From assembly GCF_009914755.1 (NCBI RefSeq), contig NC_060936.1: DNA of 64,000 nt, one strand, 5' to 3'. Positions 26,746 through 41,639 of the stretch are shown here, in pieces. Origin of the DNA: the human T2T-CHM13v2.0 reference genome, Homo sapiens. The stretch's first letter is position 1; every line of letters begins with the position of its first letter. The notes under the pieces were generated by a model. It worked only from the letters and a program-made list of their open reading frames with translations. It was not told where the DNA came from and ran no database searches. A program made the translations under genes and the position numbers.

Positions 26746-27754
26746 TGACACTGGAGATCCACCTCTCTCTACGCACAAAGGAAAGGCTATGTGAGGACAC
26801 AGCAGCAAGAAGATGCCATGTGAAAGCTGAGAAATAAGGCCTCACCGGAAAGCAGCCCTGCTGGCACCTTAATCTTGGACTTCTGTCCTCCAGAACTGTG
26901 AGAAAATAAATTTCTGTTGCTTTGTGGTATTTTGGCGTGGCAGCTCTAGCAGACTACTACACCCCGTGTATCTGATTTTGTGGCTTTTAATTACATGTAT
27001 TAGCTGGGACTCTGCTAATGCTGCGGTACCACAAAGGTCTTCATGAGAACAGCTTTTATTCGCTCAGTAAGAATAATTCACCATCAGTATATTAGTAGAT
27101 AGCCTATAAATTCTGCCAGAAACGAGAAATCAAAAGGCATTATTGGAAGTGGTTTAAATATTGCCCCTGTTACGTTGCTTACCATATCTTTCTTCTGGGT
27201 CGTCCATTCATCCAACAAACATTTACTGAATGCCAACCATATACCCAGAAAAGAGCATTGACCAAGTCCTTCTCTCATGGGTCTGTGCCTGGCCAACAGG
27301 AAGACCAAGAGAAAGCAATTCAGGCAGAGGATACAAGTGCAAACTCCTGAGACAGAAATGAGATCATATAAAAGCCACTTTGGTCAAAACTTAGAATTAT
27401 CACTGAGTTTCAAGGGTGGAGCATATGCTCAATAACTATTTGTTGCTTAAACAGAATGTTTAATCATATCCCACGCTCACCTTATCCTCTGGATCTGACA
27501 CAGGTATACCAGAATTCCTAGAGCCCTATAGTGGGCTAGATCCACAGATATGGGTTTGGATCCCTGCCCTACCTCTTGTCAGTATCAAGGGCTATTGAGG
27601 GTCTAGTATACTTAGAAAAGGAAGCCAACATTTAATGCTGTTGGATACTATGTATTCAAACTTTCTTGTGTTACCCAATCTTGTTATCCAAAGTGTGGTC
27701 TTCAGACCAGCAGCATCAGCATCACCTGGAACCTTACTAAAAATGCAGAATCCA

Positions 27755-28110
<356 letters not shown>

Positions 28111-28149
28111 GCAGAATTCCTGGCCCTACCCAGACCTACAGAACCTGAA

Positions 28150-28466
<317 letters not shown>

Positions 28467-29793
28467 TGAGTTTTAGTGGATTCATGCAAACATGATAGGT
28501 TGAGGCTTGTTGCTCTAGAAAACACTTTATATCCATTATTTTATTTCATCCTTGGAAGAAAGACATTAAATGTGGACTCATGTCAAAAATATGACAATGT
28601 CATCCTCTCCCTCATCTTCGATTCATACCAACCTTTTTTAATAGCCTCCGAGAAATACAATGACCATGTGGGCTGCAGAGACAAGATTCAGGAGGAAGAT
28701 TTGGATCTGAAAAGAGCTGTGAATGCAGGAGGGCCTGGAAGGAAGGAAACTCAGAAGTGTTTGGTCTCCATTTTTTGCTTGGTTTGTCCCAGAAATCACA
28801 GTCAAATAGGGACAGATTCCCCTGAGATAAACAAAGACCAACCAGCTCTCACTGAGTCATGGCTTGTGTGCTTTAAAGGGAGCAAGGGAGAGTGCTTTGG
28901 AATAAGCTCTTGTAATGTTTCAGAGAGCGGACAATTATGAGCACTGGTTACACACTGCTTCAGGGTCTCCAGGCCTTCCGGGCCAGGGGTCTGTCTTCCC
29001 TGGGGAATCAGACTGTGAATACTTGTGACTCAGTGTTATCTTTGGTAAGTAGGAAGCCCTAGGATTTGATTAGACCCAGCTGGTGCAGCAAAGGGTCATT
29101 TGTCCAGAAAATTAGGGCTGTCTTGCCTGCAAAGCTGTAAGTGGGAAAAGTGCAGGGTCAGTTGAAATGGTTTCAGTATCCATGGGCCAAATTAAAAGGC
29201 ACAAAGCAGAGTATAATCTATAATTCAGGAGTCCAGAAAGAGCAGGACAACTACATCAGAGAGAAAAGCACACACATGCAGGATGGGTTCCATTGCCTGA
29301 ACGTCTTCAGGAAAATGATTATGATTATTTTGCACAGGAAGGAAAAATGCTTCCAAGAATCGAAGAAGGACACTGTTCAGAAGTGCTCATAAGCTGGCAT
29401 AAGAGACAGCACAGGAAGGGCCCGAGGATCTATTTTACAGATCGGTAAAGGTGCTGACAGCACAGTCAATTACTCGGGCAATTTTCTAACTTCAGAGCAT
29501 CATCGTAAAGGTAGATTTTTCCATCCCCACCCCTCAAATTCCTCCTCTCAGCATAGTCAATTTTGCTGACCCTCCAGCAGCAGACTGAAAGAGCAAAAAG
29601 ATGAACCATACACTAGGGTGGCTCACAAAAATCCAGAAGCTTCCCCCTTGACCACCTCCTCCCCATCATTGGATTGGGATGAGGATCAATCAGGGAGGAA
29701 AATGCATATCCCACCTCCAAAGTCACAGGAGTGGAAAACCACACCCTAGGCAATATAGATTCACATACAGATTCCACTAAGAGTCGTCTAGAC

Positions 29794-30017
29794 CAGGAGT
29801 CAGCAACTTTTTTTGTAAAGGGCCAGATAGTAAGTATTTTAGATGTTGCAAATCATCAGGTCTTTCCATTGCAGCTCTTCAACTCTGCCATTGCAGGGTG
29901 AAAGCAGCCATAGATGATATATAAGTGAATGTACATAAAGAGTTTCAATAAAACTTTATTGACAAAAACAAGTAGTGGGCCAGATTTGGCACACAGGCCA
30001 GAGTCTGCCAATCGCTG
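29794..30017. mobile_element. MER58A (hAT-Charlie)
   Basis: caggagtcagcaac...tgtaaagggccagatagtaagtattttag...caataaaactttattgacaaaaaca...gccaatcgctg. Confidence 0.85.
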
Positions 30018-30039
30018 ACCTAGAAAAATGTAGCCCTAT

Positions 30040-30180
30040 CTTCTCATTGTGCAGATGGATAAAGCAAGACTCAGGTGAGAGATGACTTGCCCAAGGTCAC
30101 ACACCTCGGTAAAGACAGAGCTCTAGGGGAAAGCCTAAAATGTTAACTCTATCTTCTAAAGCTCTCTCTACCATACCACA
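30040..30180 (-). mobile_element. MIR
   Basis: tgacttgcccaaggtcacac. Confidence 0.7.
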
Positions 30181-30826
30181 TGGCCCCCCTGTTTCTTCTT
30201 TCCTGCCTTCTTCCCCTTCATTACTTGCTTAACACCGGGGGTACCATATGCAAGCAAACAGTGCCTGTATGCACACAGCTTTCAGCCTACTGCTACACCA
30301 AGAAACCATTTTTTAAATAAGCTTCAAGAATCAGCATTAAGTTTGTGTTGGTTTATAAATGTTAATATTCTAAAACCACTGCAATTACATTATTAGAATG
30401 GTGCTGTCCTGAGGCATGCACTACCCTTAATATGTTTTCTTTTTGTAAATATGTAATTATTTGTGGATTATTCAAATAATTGTGTTCGTTGAAAGGAAAT
30501 TTTTTTTAATGTAAATAAGGCATGGAGAAAGAAATTGCTCACTATCCCATTATTCAAAGATACCCACATTAGCAATCTGGTGTGATTTCTTCCACTTTTT
30601 CACATAGCTTTACATAGGCATGTATAGATATGAGTGTATATGTGTGTGTGAACATAAACGAGTGTGGTGTGTATTGGGGGCGCAACAAAAATGGGATCCT
30701 TCTCTATGAACCACTTTGCACAGACATAACGTTGCTTCTGTGGTGAAACGCCTATTCATTCCTGTCAAACAACTTACAATAAATTTTTGGAACACAGCCT
30801 GCTCTTGAGTTGTCATTTGCCTACAT

Positions 30827-31137
<311 letters not shown>

Positions 31138-32099
31138 TTTGCCTAAATTTCTTAAGAGCCTTTGGGGCCTAAGAAGAAATAGTGTTGGTGGTGGTTGGGA
31201 TGCGGCAGGCATGACTTTGTTGGTCCAGATATAAACATACCACCATTAGCAGAGAGCAATTCTTGCAAAGATCTAGACCCATGAGCAACCAATGATAAAT
31301 AATCCATTGCAGGGAAATAATTTTGGCATGGGCCTCCGGGGAGTGGACTGGGATCTTTTTTTAACATTCTCCATCTCAATTTTATGAATCTGACAGGCAA
31401 GTAAAACATAACACCCTCCTATATTGGGAGACTCAAGGTTGTGGCAACTGAAACCCCAGTGGTTTCCTCCTCTTTGAATGGTGCCTCATGTTGTATGAAC
31501 CATCTGTGTCTTGATCCAATTCAAACAGGACCATTTTCTGAGGCTGGCAAAGGGAAGTTCTGTGATCTGTATTGATTAATTCTATCCAGCCATTTTGAAG
31601 CCCTGAGTATACACGTGTAATCCTGAGGATTTTCTCAGCTGTGGGCAACACAGGCCAACTCTGGATTACATAAGCAAAGCAGGACATTCGTGTAAGATGA
31701 ATGAATAGGCTCATGAACCCTGAAGAAGGGACTCAGGAAAGACAGGAAGCAAGGCATTGTGTCAAGGGACGAGGAACCAATAGTGACATTCTTCTGGGCA
31801 TGATTGTCTGGGTGAATCAGCTCCAACCCATTTTCAGTCTTTGCATCACTCTACTCAAGACTTCAATTTCCAGGAGTGTCCAGCTGATCTTCCTGGGTCT
31901 CATTCTCACCCCTTTACTAAGGAAGGAACAGCACCTTGATCGACATCCCCAGCTGGGGGCGAAAGTGCTCCCAAAACAAAACTAGAGTAATATTCCTAGA
32001 AGGAAAAATCATGCTAAGCAGGCAGAAATCACATATGTCTGCCACTGTGGGTAATATGCTAGGATAATAAGCTAAAATAGACTGAATCTCACACTGCAC

Positions 32100-32502
32100 A
32101 GATATATGGTTGGTTTTCCTTCCATAGCCTAGACTCCCCTTCTTCCTTAGAACCATGATGCCTGGGGATGTGGCCGGGGACGGCGGTGGGTTGGGGGAAG
32201 CTGTGTTTCTCAGCTTCCGTTACAGCCAGGTGTAATCATGTAATTACATTCCAAGTTTCAGTCAAAGCAAAAGCAGCTTTGCTTTTTCTTCTGACTGAAA
32301 TAAGAGTATGATGGCTTGAGCCAGAGCAGCCATCTTGAGCCACAAGGTAACTTTGGATGTGGAGGCCATCCATGGCAAAGCAGCAAGTTGATCTTGACTG
32401 TTTACCTCTGAGCTTTTAAAAGGGAGAGAAATAAATATCTAGCTTATTTATGAAAACAAAGTGTGGAGGTTTGTTACAAACAATCTAATCCTAAATAATA
32501 CA
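32100..32502 (+). mobile_element. Old MaLR LTR (MLT1I/J/K-like)
   Basis: gcagccatcttgagccacaagg...gagagaaataaat...aatcctaaataataca. Confidence 0.5.
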
Positions 32503-32844
32503 GGGTCCATCTACAGCAACTGCTATTAAAGAGGAAAAGCAATGGGAGATCTGGGAAGCCAAAATCCTGAGGTGTATGGAGATGGAGAATCAGGGAAGGC
32601 TTCATGGAGTAGGCACTTGTGGGATGGAAAAGGGACAGTAGTGAGAAATGGGTCCATTAGTCCAGCCAGTGAGGATGACTGGGGAAAGACAAAGAGTAGA
32701 AGGGTTTCATTGAATGTACGGGACCAAAACAGATCTTTCATGCACAGGAAACTCATCAAGATAACATCAGAAAGGAGGCTGAGTTGGTCTGATTCTAGAT
32801 AGTTCTGAACTCTAAGAAAAAGAGTTGAAACTTTGTCCTGCTGG

Positions 32845-33053
32845 CCAGAGTTCAACAAATTTTGTCTGTAAAAGTTCAAATAGTAAATATTTTAGGTTTT
32901 GTGGGCCTCATACGGTCTCTGTCACAATGACTTCACTGTTGTCATCACAGTTAATACACAATATGTAAATGAACAGTCATCACTGCGATCCAACAAAACT
33001 TTATTTATAAAAACAGGCATCCAGACTATAGACCTTGGCTTGCTGACCCCTGC
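32845..33053. mobile_element. MER58A-like
   Basis: tctgtaaaagttcaaatagtaaatattttagg...caacaaaactttatttataaaaacagg...tgctgacccctg. Confidence 0.75.
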
Positions 33054-33629
33054 TATAGGCTTAGGGTCCCCAAAGTATGTCCCTTTGGCCACGTGTCCCT
33101 AGAAATGGTTCAACAGAAACATGGTTCTGTTAGCAAATGAGGTTGGGAAATGCCCCATTATTTATCCATCTCCTAGAGAGTCACAGTGCATCTTTGTATG
33201 GTAAAGGCTCTGATAAGTCCTGCAGCAAGGAAACCTACTAGACCTTGTTTAATCGCTGCACTTCCCTAGCTTATTTTAAAAGACCTCTTTAGTTTCAAAG
33301 AAGAGACTTTGGCAGCCTTGTATAACTGATGATGGGACCCCACTAAACCAAAGGTTTCCAAAAATGGGTCTGTGGAAACGTTTCCACTGGCTCCCTGTGA
33401 AATGATCAAAGTTACATCATCAGTCTAGTCAGTTTTTCAAAATGAGAAATTTATTTTATAGCTCTGTTCTTAATTTTAAAATTATATCCCTTCTGCTTTG
33501 ATGTTGAATTTTTTATCTCCTATGAAGTGATGAATTTAAAGGAAGGTAGCCATTATTCTATTAGATGTACTTATTAGGTGAAATAAAAACCTGACAACTC
33601 TATGACAAGCCCAGATAATAGCTTTGCAT

Positions 33630-35130
33630 TGATTTTTACTTGTGAAATATAGCACATATACAGAAAAGAGCACAAAATATAGCTGTACAGCTGAACTATC
33701 ACAAAATGAATACCTGTGTAACCACAATTTAGGTCAAAAAATAAAATACTGCCAGCACCTCAGAAGCCCCTCTGCTAGCACTTCTCATCATCCCCTTCCC
33801 CCTCCCCAAAGGAAAACACCACCCTGATTTCCAACACAAAGTCCTGCCTTTAGTTTTCTATTCCAAATGGATTGTAAGTGATATACTCTTTCATACATGG
33901 GTGTTTCTGTCCAACATTTTTCTTTTCTTTTTTTTCTTTCTTTCCCCTTTCCTTCCTTCCTTCCTTTCTTCCTTCCTTCCTTCCTTCCTTTCGTTCCTTC
34001 GTTCATTCTTTCTTTCGTTCTTTCTTTCGACAGGATCTCACTCCGTTGCCCAGGCTGGAGTGCAGTGATGTGATTTTGGCTCATTGCACCCTCTGCCTCC
34101 CAGGCTCAGGTGATCCTCCCACCTCAGACTCCTAAGTAGCTGGGCCCACAGATGCATGCCACCACACGTGGCTAATTTTTGTATTTTTTGTAGAGACAGG
34201 GTTTTTCCATGTTGCCCAGGCTAGTCTCGAACTCCTGGCCTCAAGCGATCTGCCCACCTCGGCCTCCCACAGTGCTGGAATTACAGGCATGAGCCGCTGT
34301 ACCTGGCCCCAATATATTTCTAACATTCCTCCCTGTTGTCGTATTTCACACAGATCAATTCATTTTTGATGATGCACGGTATTGCACTGCATGAAGGGCA
34401 TTCTGGTTGCTGCCAGTTTGGAGCTGCTACAAAAGTGCCACTGAGAACATTTTGTCACTTGTGCACACATTTCTGTTGGATATATACATGCACATACACA
34501 CCTAGGTGTGGATTTGCTGGATCACACACATGAATATCTATTTTGATTAGGTTAATTGTATGTTCAAGGACTCTCCCAATCAATGCCTATGGAATCAGTG
34601 AACACTTCCCCCTTTCATTCCTGAAAATGAGCTTGTTTGGACAATAAATCATAAAGCCGCCCTGTCTTTAGTGGAGAACACCAAACTGCTTTCCAAAGAG
34701 GTTGTGCCAATTACACTCTCACCAACACTTGTGAGAGTTTGAGTCACTCCACATCCTTGCCAACACTTAGTATGGATAGTCTTTTAATCCTAGAAACTCT
34801 GGTGCATGTCCTTAGTCTGATATTGTTCGTCTTTTCCATCTAAGCCATTCTGGTGTGTGTGGGTAGCATCTTATTGCAGCTTTAATGGGCATTTCTCTGA
34901 CTCCTGATAGGATTGAGTACCTTTTCATCTATTTATTAACCATTCAGATGTTCCCCTTTGGAAAATCCCTGTTCAAGTCTCTTGCATTTTTCTACTGAAC
35001 TGTTCTCTCATTTTCTGATTTTGGGAGATCTTAAAATATTATTCACAGAACCCCGTACCAGTCATAGGCAGTGCAGATATTTTTCCAGCTCTGTGAATTG
35101 CCTTTTCATTTTCTCAGTGTATTTATAAAA
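33630..35130 (-). mobile_element. L1ME-type fragments interrupted by AluJ
   Basis: tatatacatgcacatacacacctaggtgtggatttgctggatca; ccaaactgctttccaaagaggttgtgccaattacactctcacca. Confidence 0.7.
33917..34309 (-). mobile_element. AluJ with (TTCC/TTTC)n tail
   Basis: CT microsatellite ~33917-34028 then antisense Alu dimer. Confidence 0.9.
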
Positions 35131-35145
35131 GTTCTTGCTGGTCTA

Positions 35146-35411
35146 GGACAAAAAACCAAACACCGCATGTTCTCACTCATAGGTGGGAATTGAACAATGA
35201 GAACACATGGACACAGGAAGGGGAACATCACACACCGGGGCCTGTTGTGGGGTGGGGGGACGGGGGAGGGGTAGCATTAGGAGATGTACCTAATGTAAAT
35301 GACGAGTTAATGGGTGCAGCACACCAACATGGCACATGTATACATATGTAACAAACCTGCACATTGTGCACATGTACCCTAAAACTTAAAGTATAATTAA
35401 AAACAAAAAAA
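35146..35411 (+). mobile_element. L1PA3-like 5'-truncated insertion with perfect 19-bp TSD
   Basis: Young L1 3'UTR (ggacaaaaaaccaaacaccgcatg...gtaccctaaaacttaaagtataat); TSD aaaagttcttgctggtcta at 35127-35145 and 35408-35426. Confidence 0.93.
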
Positions 35412-35507
35412 GTTCTTGCTGGTCTACGAAATCCAGTTGTCTCGAGTTCTTTCACTGCTCTAAAAACAAGGACGGGATGATGCCCTGTTCCTCTGTGTTT
35501 CCCTAGA

Positions 35508-35650
35508 CCAGAGCTGTCTAACAGAACTTTCAGTGAATGATGTGGCTAGGGAGCACATAGGCACGTCTCAGTGAGACAGAGCAACTGGTCTTTAATTTTA
35601 ACTTAAATGAGCCACACGTGGCCAGTGGCTACCATATTGGATAGCACAGT
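35508..35650. mobile_element. MER3-like (hAT-Charlie)
   Basis: gctgtctaacagaactttc...agccacacgtggccagtggctaccatattggatagcacag. Confidence 0.75.
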
Positions 35651-36143
35651 TTCAGAGCCTGGTACACTGTAAACAATGAATGTGTCTGAGTACTGAGTAG
35701 GGAAATGGCTTGAGGAAAATGGCCTGTTTGGAAGAATAACCAATCTGAAGAATTCGGCTGAAACTCCTGGGCACAAACACAATAGGTTCTAAACTGTTCT
35801 ACATTTATTCTTTCCTACCACCCCCAAAATTCAGTTTCCACACAGCAACAGAACAATGATATTAAAATTCAGATCCAATTATGGTTGCCCCTTGGTTAAA
35901 ACCCTTCACTGGTTTCACATCGTCCTTCATAGAAATGCCACGTTGTGTATTAGAGACGCCAGAATCTGGTTCCACCTGCTTCATCTTCCACCCTCCCCTC
36001 TCCCTGGTTCCACCTTCCCAAATGTGTCACGCTCCTTCCTCCGTTGGGGATTTTGCACATGCTAGCTCTTCTTCCTGGGTTTTGTTTCTTTTTCCCTCTC
36101 TCCTACTCTCCACTCCCTCCTCACCTGACTGGCACCTTCCCCT

Positions 36144-36550
36144 CTGCATTCGTTTGCTAGGGCTGCCATGACAAGGTACCACAATGGGAGTGGATAAAAA
36201 CACAGTTCTGGAATGTGAAAGTCCAAGATCAAGATGTCATGCTCCTTTTGAAGGTGATTTGCTGGCAGTTTTTGGCACTCCTTGGCTTGTGGAAATACCA
36301 GCCTCATCTCTGCCTCCTGTTCTCATGTCCTTCTCCCTGTGTGTGTGTGTCTGTCTCTAAATTTCCCCTTTTTATAAAGATACCAGTCATATTATAGCAG
36401 GGGCCCATCCTACTCTACTCTAACCTCATCTTAACTAATTACATCAGCAACAACACTATTTCCAAATAAGGTCACATTCTGAGGTCTAGGGGTTAGGACT
36501 TTGACAAATGAATGCTGGGGAGAAGAGGATGGAATTGAACCCATAACAAC
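36144..36550 (-). mobile_element. MLT1B/C LTR inserted in an L2 (~35830-36810, +)
   Basis: tgctagggctgccatgacaaggtaccaca...tttccaaataaggtcacattctgaggtctaggggttaggact. Confidence 0.8.
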
Positions 36551-36869
36551 AGTCTTCCGGTCTGAGATAAAATGTCCCTTACAGAGACAGTTTTCCCCTA
36601 CTTCCCAGACCAAGTGCCACCCCTCCCTCCCCCATCATTATACCTGTGCGTTGCCTTTGTGGCACTTCTCAGAGCTCAAATCAATTATTTGTTTTATGTT
36701 TGTCTTCCACCACCAGATTAAGTTTCATGGGGAAGTATCTGGAGGAAGTATCTCCAAGTACTGGCACACAGAGGGGCACAGAGTAGGACTTCTAACCATT
36801 TTCCACCAATGGACGGACCAGTCACAAACGAGCCACAAAGTGCCATGTGATGTTTACCAGCTCAGATCC

Positions 36870-37070
36870 CAGAGGCAGACAAACTAGGTTCAAATCCCAG
36901 CTCTGCAACATCTTAGATGAACGATCTCGGGCACGTCACTGACTTTGTCCATGACTCAGTTTTCTCCTCTGAAAAATACCTCCTCCATCAGGTATCAAGT
37001 AAGTGAATACACAGGAAAAGTATAGATATCAGTACCTGGTGCAGAGCAAAAACCCAATGAGGTTAGTTAG
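36870..37070 (+). mobile_element. MIR
   Basis: ggttcaaatcccagctctgc...ctcagttttctcctctgaaaa. Confidence 0.7.
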
Positions 37071-37087
37071 CACTTCAGACAGGGAAT

Positions 37088-37345
37088 GCCGAAATCAGCA
37101 TCTTCCGTAACAACGCTCCCTTTCAAGACAATTCTCTCATTTCACAAGGTCATCGTCGTCAGTGTCCTTCCATCCCTGCGTTTTGCGTTCTGGTGGGTTT
37201 GGCCATGCTTCTGATTGGAATGCAATTTCATGCGGTTTGGGACGAGACGTTGTTCCTTGAAACTTCCGCCCCATGGCTCTCTCGAGATTTCTTGGAGATA
37301 GAAAAGTAGATTTGGCTCTGTTCAGAACCTGTTTGAACATTCGTT
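37088..37345. promoter_or_regulatory. Candidate promoter/enhancer (local CpG-rich patch)
   Basis: About 13 CpGs in ~260 bp of non-repeat DNA; ATTGG box in ctgattgg (~37211), overlapping ETS/GC-box acttccgcccc (~37262), TTCcttGAA STAT-like site. Confidence 0.45.
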
Positions 37346-38686
37346 GCACATACTTCAAAACCAAGACCTTTGGACTTCTCACCCATTTACTCTTGGCAAA
37401 AGGCAGCTTCCTGCTTCTGAGAAGTTAAGCTTTCAAGCTTAGGGAAAAAGGCTTTTTGGACAACAAACAGCCCTGTAAAAACAATATTTTGATGAGTTAA
37501 GTGTAAATGAATCAGAAACACATGGATTAAGCTTCTCTTGATGTACACATGGGTTTAATAATTATTGGGGGTGGGAGAGAAGGGAAATGGGGCTGGAAAA
37601 GCTGTGTCTTGGGTTTTATCAAATCTAAAATGTTTGAGAAGTAATTCAAGACATTCCACAGACCCCCAAGTGTAGCCAAATTTTCCGATTCCACTTCCAA
37701 GGAGCCACACAGGATCTTTCTAGTAACAACTGAGTGCTCTACAGTGCCAGGTTTTCATGGCTTCTGATTGGCTGGGTATAGAGCTATGATTTATGAGACC
37801 ATTCAAAGATTTATATATTGCCGTTATAACAAATTCCTTTCAAACGGAACAGTGCCCAAATGCAGCTTTAAAAATATCTTTCCTGTTAGAAGCCTCCTTT
37901 CTATTCACAAAACTCTCCTTCTTTTCCTTTTCCCCAGCCCCTCCTTAAACCACAGATCCCCCCACGAGGTCTCAGACCAATGAAGACTGAGGGAATTAAT
38001 TTTACCATGACTGAAACGTGTTTCACTTTGGATTGAGTTTTAAATGACTTGGGTCTATATAAACTGAGGGTCACAAGAAGGTTATAGCTAAAGGGCTTAT
38101 AAGTTAGGTGAAGGGTGGAAGGGGTGGAATTTTATAAATGCTTATTGCTTTCATAAAAAGAAAATTAAGTTGTGTTCGTGCCGAACACAGTCAAACACTT
38201 AATATATCAGGGCACACTGTTTCCTAGAGGAAATGTTCCATACTGATTTGGTGGGCTTCCGTCTTCCTCCATTTCAATGACATCATCAGTGTTGGGCATC
38301 TGGTTAGGATAAGTAACTTCTTCCACATGTCACCATCCATGTGTCCTTCCCTAAAATAAATTTTGAATCACTCCAAGCTCTGAGGTATTCTAAATCACTT
38401 GGCTTAACAGGCAGCAGAATAGCGAGGTGAGAGGTAGTGGGAAGAAGAACTTCCTGATTTTCTGATTCATTGTCCCACAGGTCTTGCTTCAAGTGACATA
38501 CTCACAAGTTCCACCCAGTATGGAGTACAGAGGTTATCAGAAGAAGAAATGACAGAGTTAAGCCCCCATGAGTTTCACAGCAGGCACATGACTGCAAAAT
38601 TGGAATCAGAGTTGACTGTTTTAGCAAACACACAAGTGGTGGCAATGTAACATATGAAAGCCATTGCCCAAATGACCCAAGCCATC

Positions 38687-39385
38687 TGTATCAGTCAGCT
38701 ATGCTACAATAATGCTGTATAACAAACAATCCCAAAATTCATTATAAGGACATTCATTTATTATCGTGTTCACAGATCTGTAAGTTGACTATAACCAGCT
38801 GAGCTAGGATGAACTTAATGCTCTAGATTCTGACTCTGGGCTCCAGGCTATAAACTGGGTTTAGATCTGTTTCAAGTGTCTTTCACCCTACCTGTACCAG
38901 CAGTCACCTAGATCATGTAGCTTGTTCTACATGTCACATTCTAGAGCCCAGGTCTACAATTCCTTCTCAGATACAAATATTGCTACTACACTACATTGCT
39001 TCTTGCTGTCTATATTACTTAAGTACTAAAATGTCTAATAAGTACATATATTCTCAGGTCTAGCTCTTACCATGATGTCATCAGCTCAAGATTGCATGAC
39101 TTTTATAAAAATAGCAGCAGCTACTTGGACCTGTTCTTCACATGGTGCATCACCAGAGTACAAGAGGTCAAGGTCAACTACACAAGCACGTTCCAAGTCT
39201 CTGCTCATGTTGAAGGCTTGCTCACATCATATCTACTAGCACTCCCTTGGGCAAAACAAGTCCCATGGCAAGTATTAGAGTCAAGGGGCAGGAAAGTACC
39301 CCCACCCAATCATGAGGCCATGGCAGGGTTGTGGATGTGTAATATGTCTTCAAGGAACTCAAGAATTGAGACCAATTATTCAATC
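38687..39385 (-). mobile_element. MLT1I/J-like LTR with an internal ~200-bp interruption
   Basis: tgtatcagtcagctatgct...ggctccaggct...caagcacgttccaagtctctgct...agtcaaggggcaggaaagta. Confidence 0.6.
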
Positions 39386-39389
39386 AAAT

Positions 39390-39960
39390 CACCCCAAGTG
39401 TTTCTTGACCCTTTCTCTCCATCCATACCATATATCAAACCACCAACTCCTACTAATTCTACCTGCTTATCATATCTAATCCATCCATTTCTCCATCCCC
39501 TTACACTATCTTTTCTAAGCCCCCAACATCTCTCATATGGACCACTCCCATAGCACCCTCCCTGGTGGTGCCACTTCAAGCCATTTCCCACATTGTGACC
39601 AATGTGGCTTTCCTAAAAGGCATATCTGATAGTGCCTCTGCTCTACTTTTTGATGGGCTTCCCTTCACACTCAGGATAAAGTCCAGAAACCTTAACTTGA
39701 TCCACAAGGTCTTATGTGAACCAGTCTGTCTACCTCTTTGTTCTTATTTCTTCCCTGTTCTCCCTCACTCTCTGCCTCAGTCACACTGTCTTCCCCAACA
39801 AGCCTCCAAAACACATATTCTCATCTGTCCAAATGACCTTCTCTATTGATGGTATAGAAGGCTCTTCCGACCCTCTCCTTCCCTGGATAACTTCCTCCAA
39901 TTTTTCACGTCTCTGCTGAAGAAATGTGTTTACAAAAAAGCCTCCCTTGATGCCATAAAC
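39390..39960 (+). mobile_element. L2 fragment
   Basis: ccatccatttctccatcccc...cacactcaggataaagtccagaaaccttaac. Confidence 0.65.
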
Positions 39961-39994
39961 CAAGGTAGATCCTGAATGGTTTTTAAACATGTCT

Positions 39995-40490
39995 GAAAAA
40001 TGTCCATGTAGGAGTCTATTTCCCCTACCCTTAGACCTAAGAGGGACTTTGTGACTGTCCCCATGAGTAGAATACAGCAAAAGTGACATTGCATGCCCTC
40101 TGAGGCTGGGTTAGGAAACCATATCACTTCCACTGGTTTCTCTTGGGACACTCACCCTTGAAACCCAGTCTCTATGCTGTGAGGAAGCCCAGAACACATG
40201 GAGAGGCCCATGTGGAGGTAACTTAGGCCTCCCAGCCAACAGCCCCAGCTGAGCTCCCAGCTGACAGCAAGCACCATCTTGCCAGTCATATGAATAGGCC
40301 ACTTTGGAAATAGATCCCCCAGCTCTTAGTCAACCCAACCAATGCCACGTGGAGAAGAGACAAGCCTTCCCCACTGAGCCCAGCCCAAGCTGCAGATTTG
40401 TGAGCAATATTACTGCCATTGTTGTTTTAAGATTGTTGTCGTCTTAAGTCACAGTCTGGGGGCAGTTTGTGACTCAGCCTTAGCTAACAA
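39995..40490 (+). mobile_element. MLT1G/H-like LTR
   Basis: tgctgtgaggaagcccag...ccaacagccccagctgagctcccagctgacagc...ctgcagatttgtgagcaa. Confidence 0.75.
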
Positions 40491-40834
40491 GAACTGTGCC
40501 CCATTTATGGCTTTTAAGTCACTGTGATATCCTGTCACTCTAACCCATAAGCTATAAAGGCACAGACCATGTTGCTGCTGTAGCAATCTGTCCCTGTTAC
40601 ATAGCAGGTCCTCAGTACATATTTTTTGACCAATGACAGGGATCTGGGTTTTGGTAGGAAAAGCCAACCTTCTCTGGGAATGCAGGCTCATAAGCAAACA
40701 CCCCACCTTCCCTTGCCTCTCTTTTCTCATCACAGTCACAAATGACACCTCCAAACCTACTTGTATTTTAAGTAAAGTATCTATAAGAGTTCCAGCAGGA
40801 TACAGTACGCTCAGATTAGAATAATTTGAAAATA

Positions 40835-41617
<783 letters not shown>

Positions 41618-41639
41618 CTAGGGCTAATTCAAGGGCTAT

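Noticed and set aside
37137-37382. 81-aa minus-strand ORF in the CpG-rich patch
   Set aside because: Alternative start codon, no recognisable domain or splice context; the CpG content is better explained as regulatory DNA.
38920-39130. Interruption inside the MLT1I/J-like LTR as another templated insertion
   Set aside because: I could not locate a donor in the window, and the sequence is too degraded to classify.
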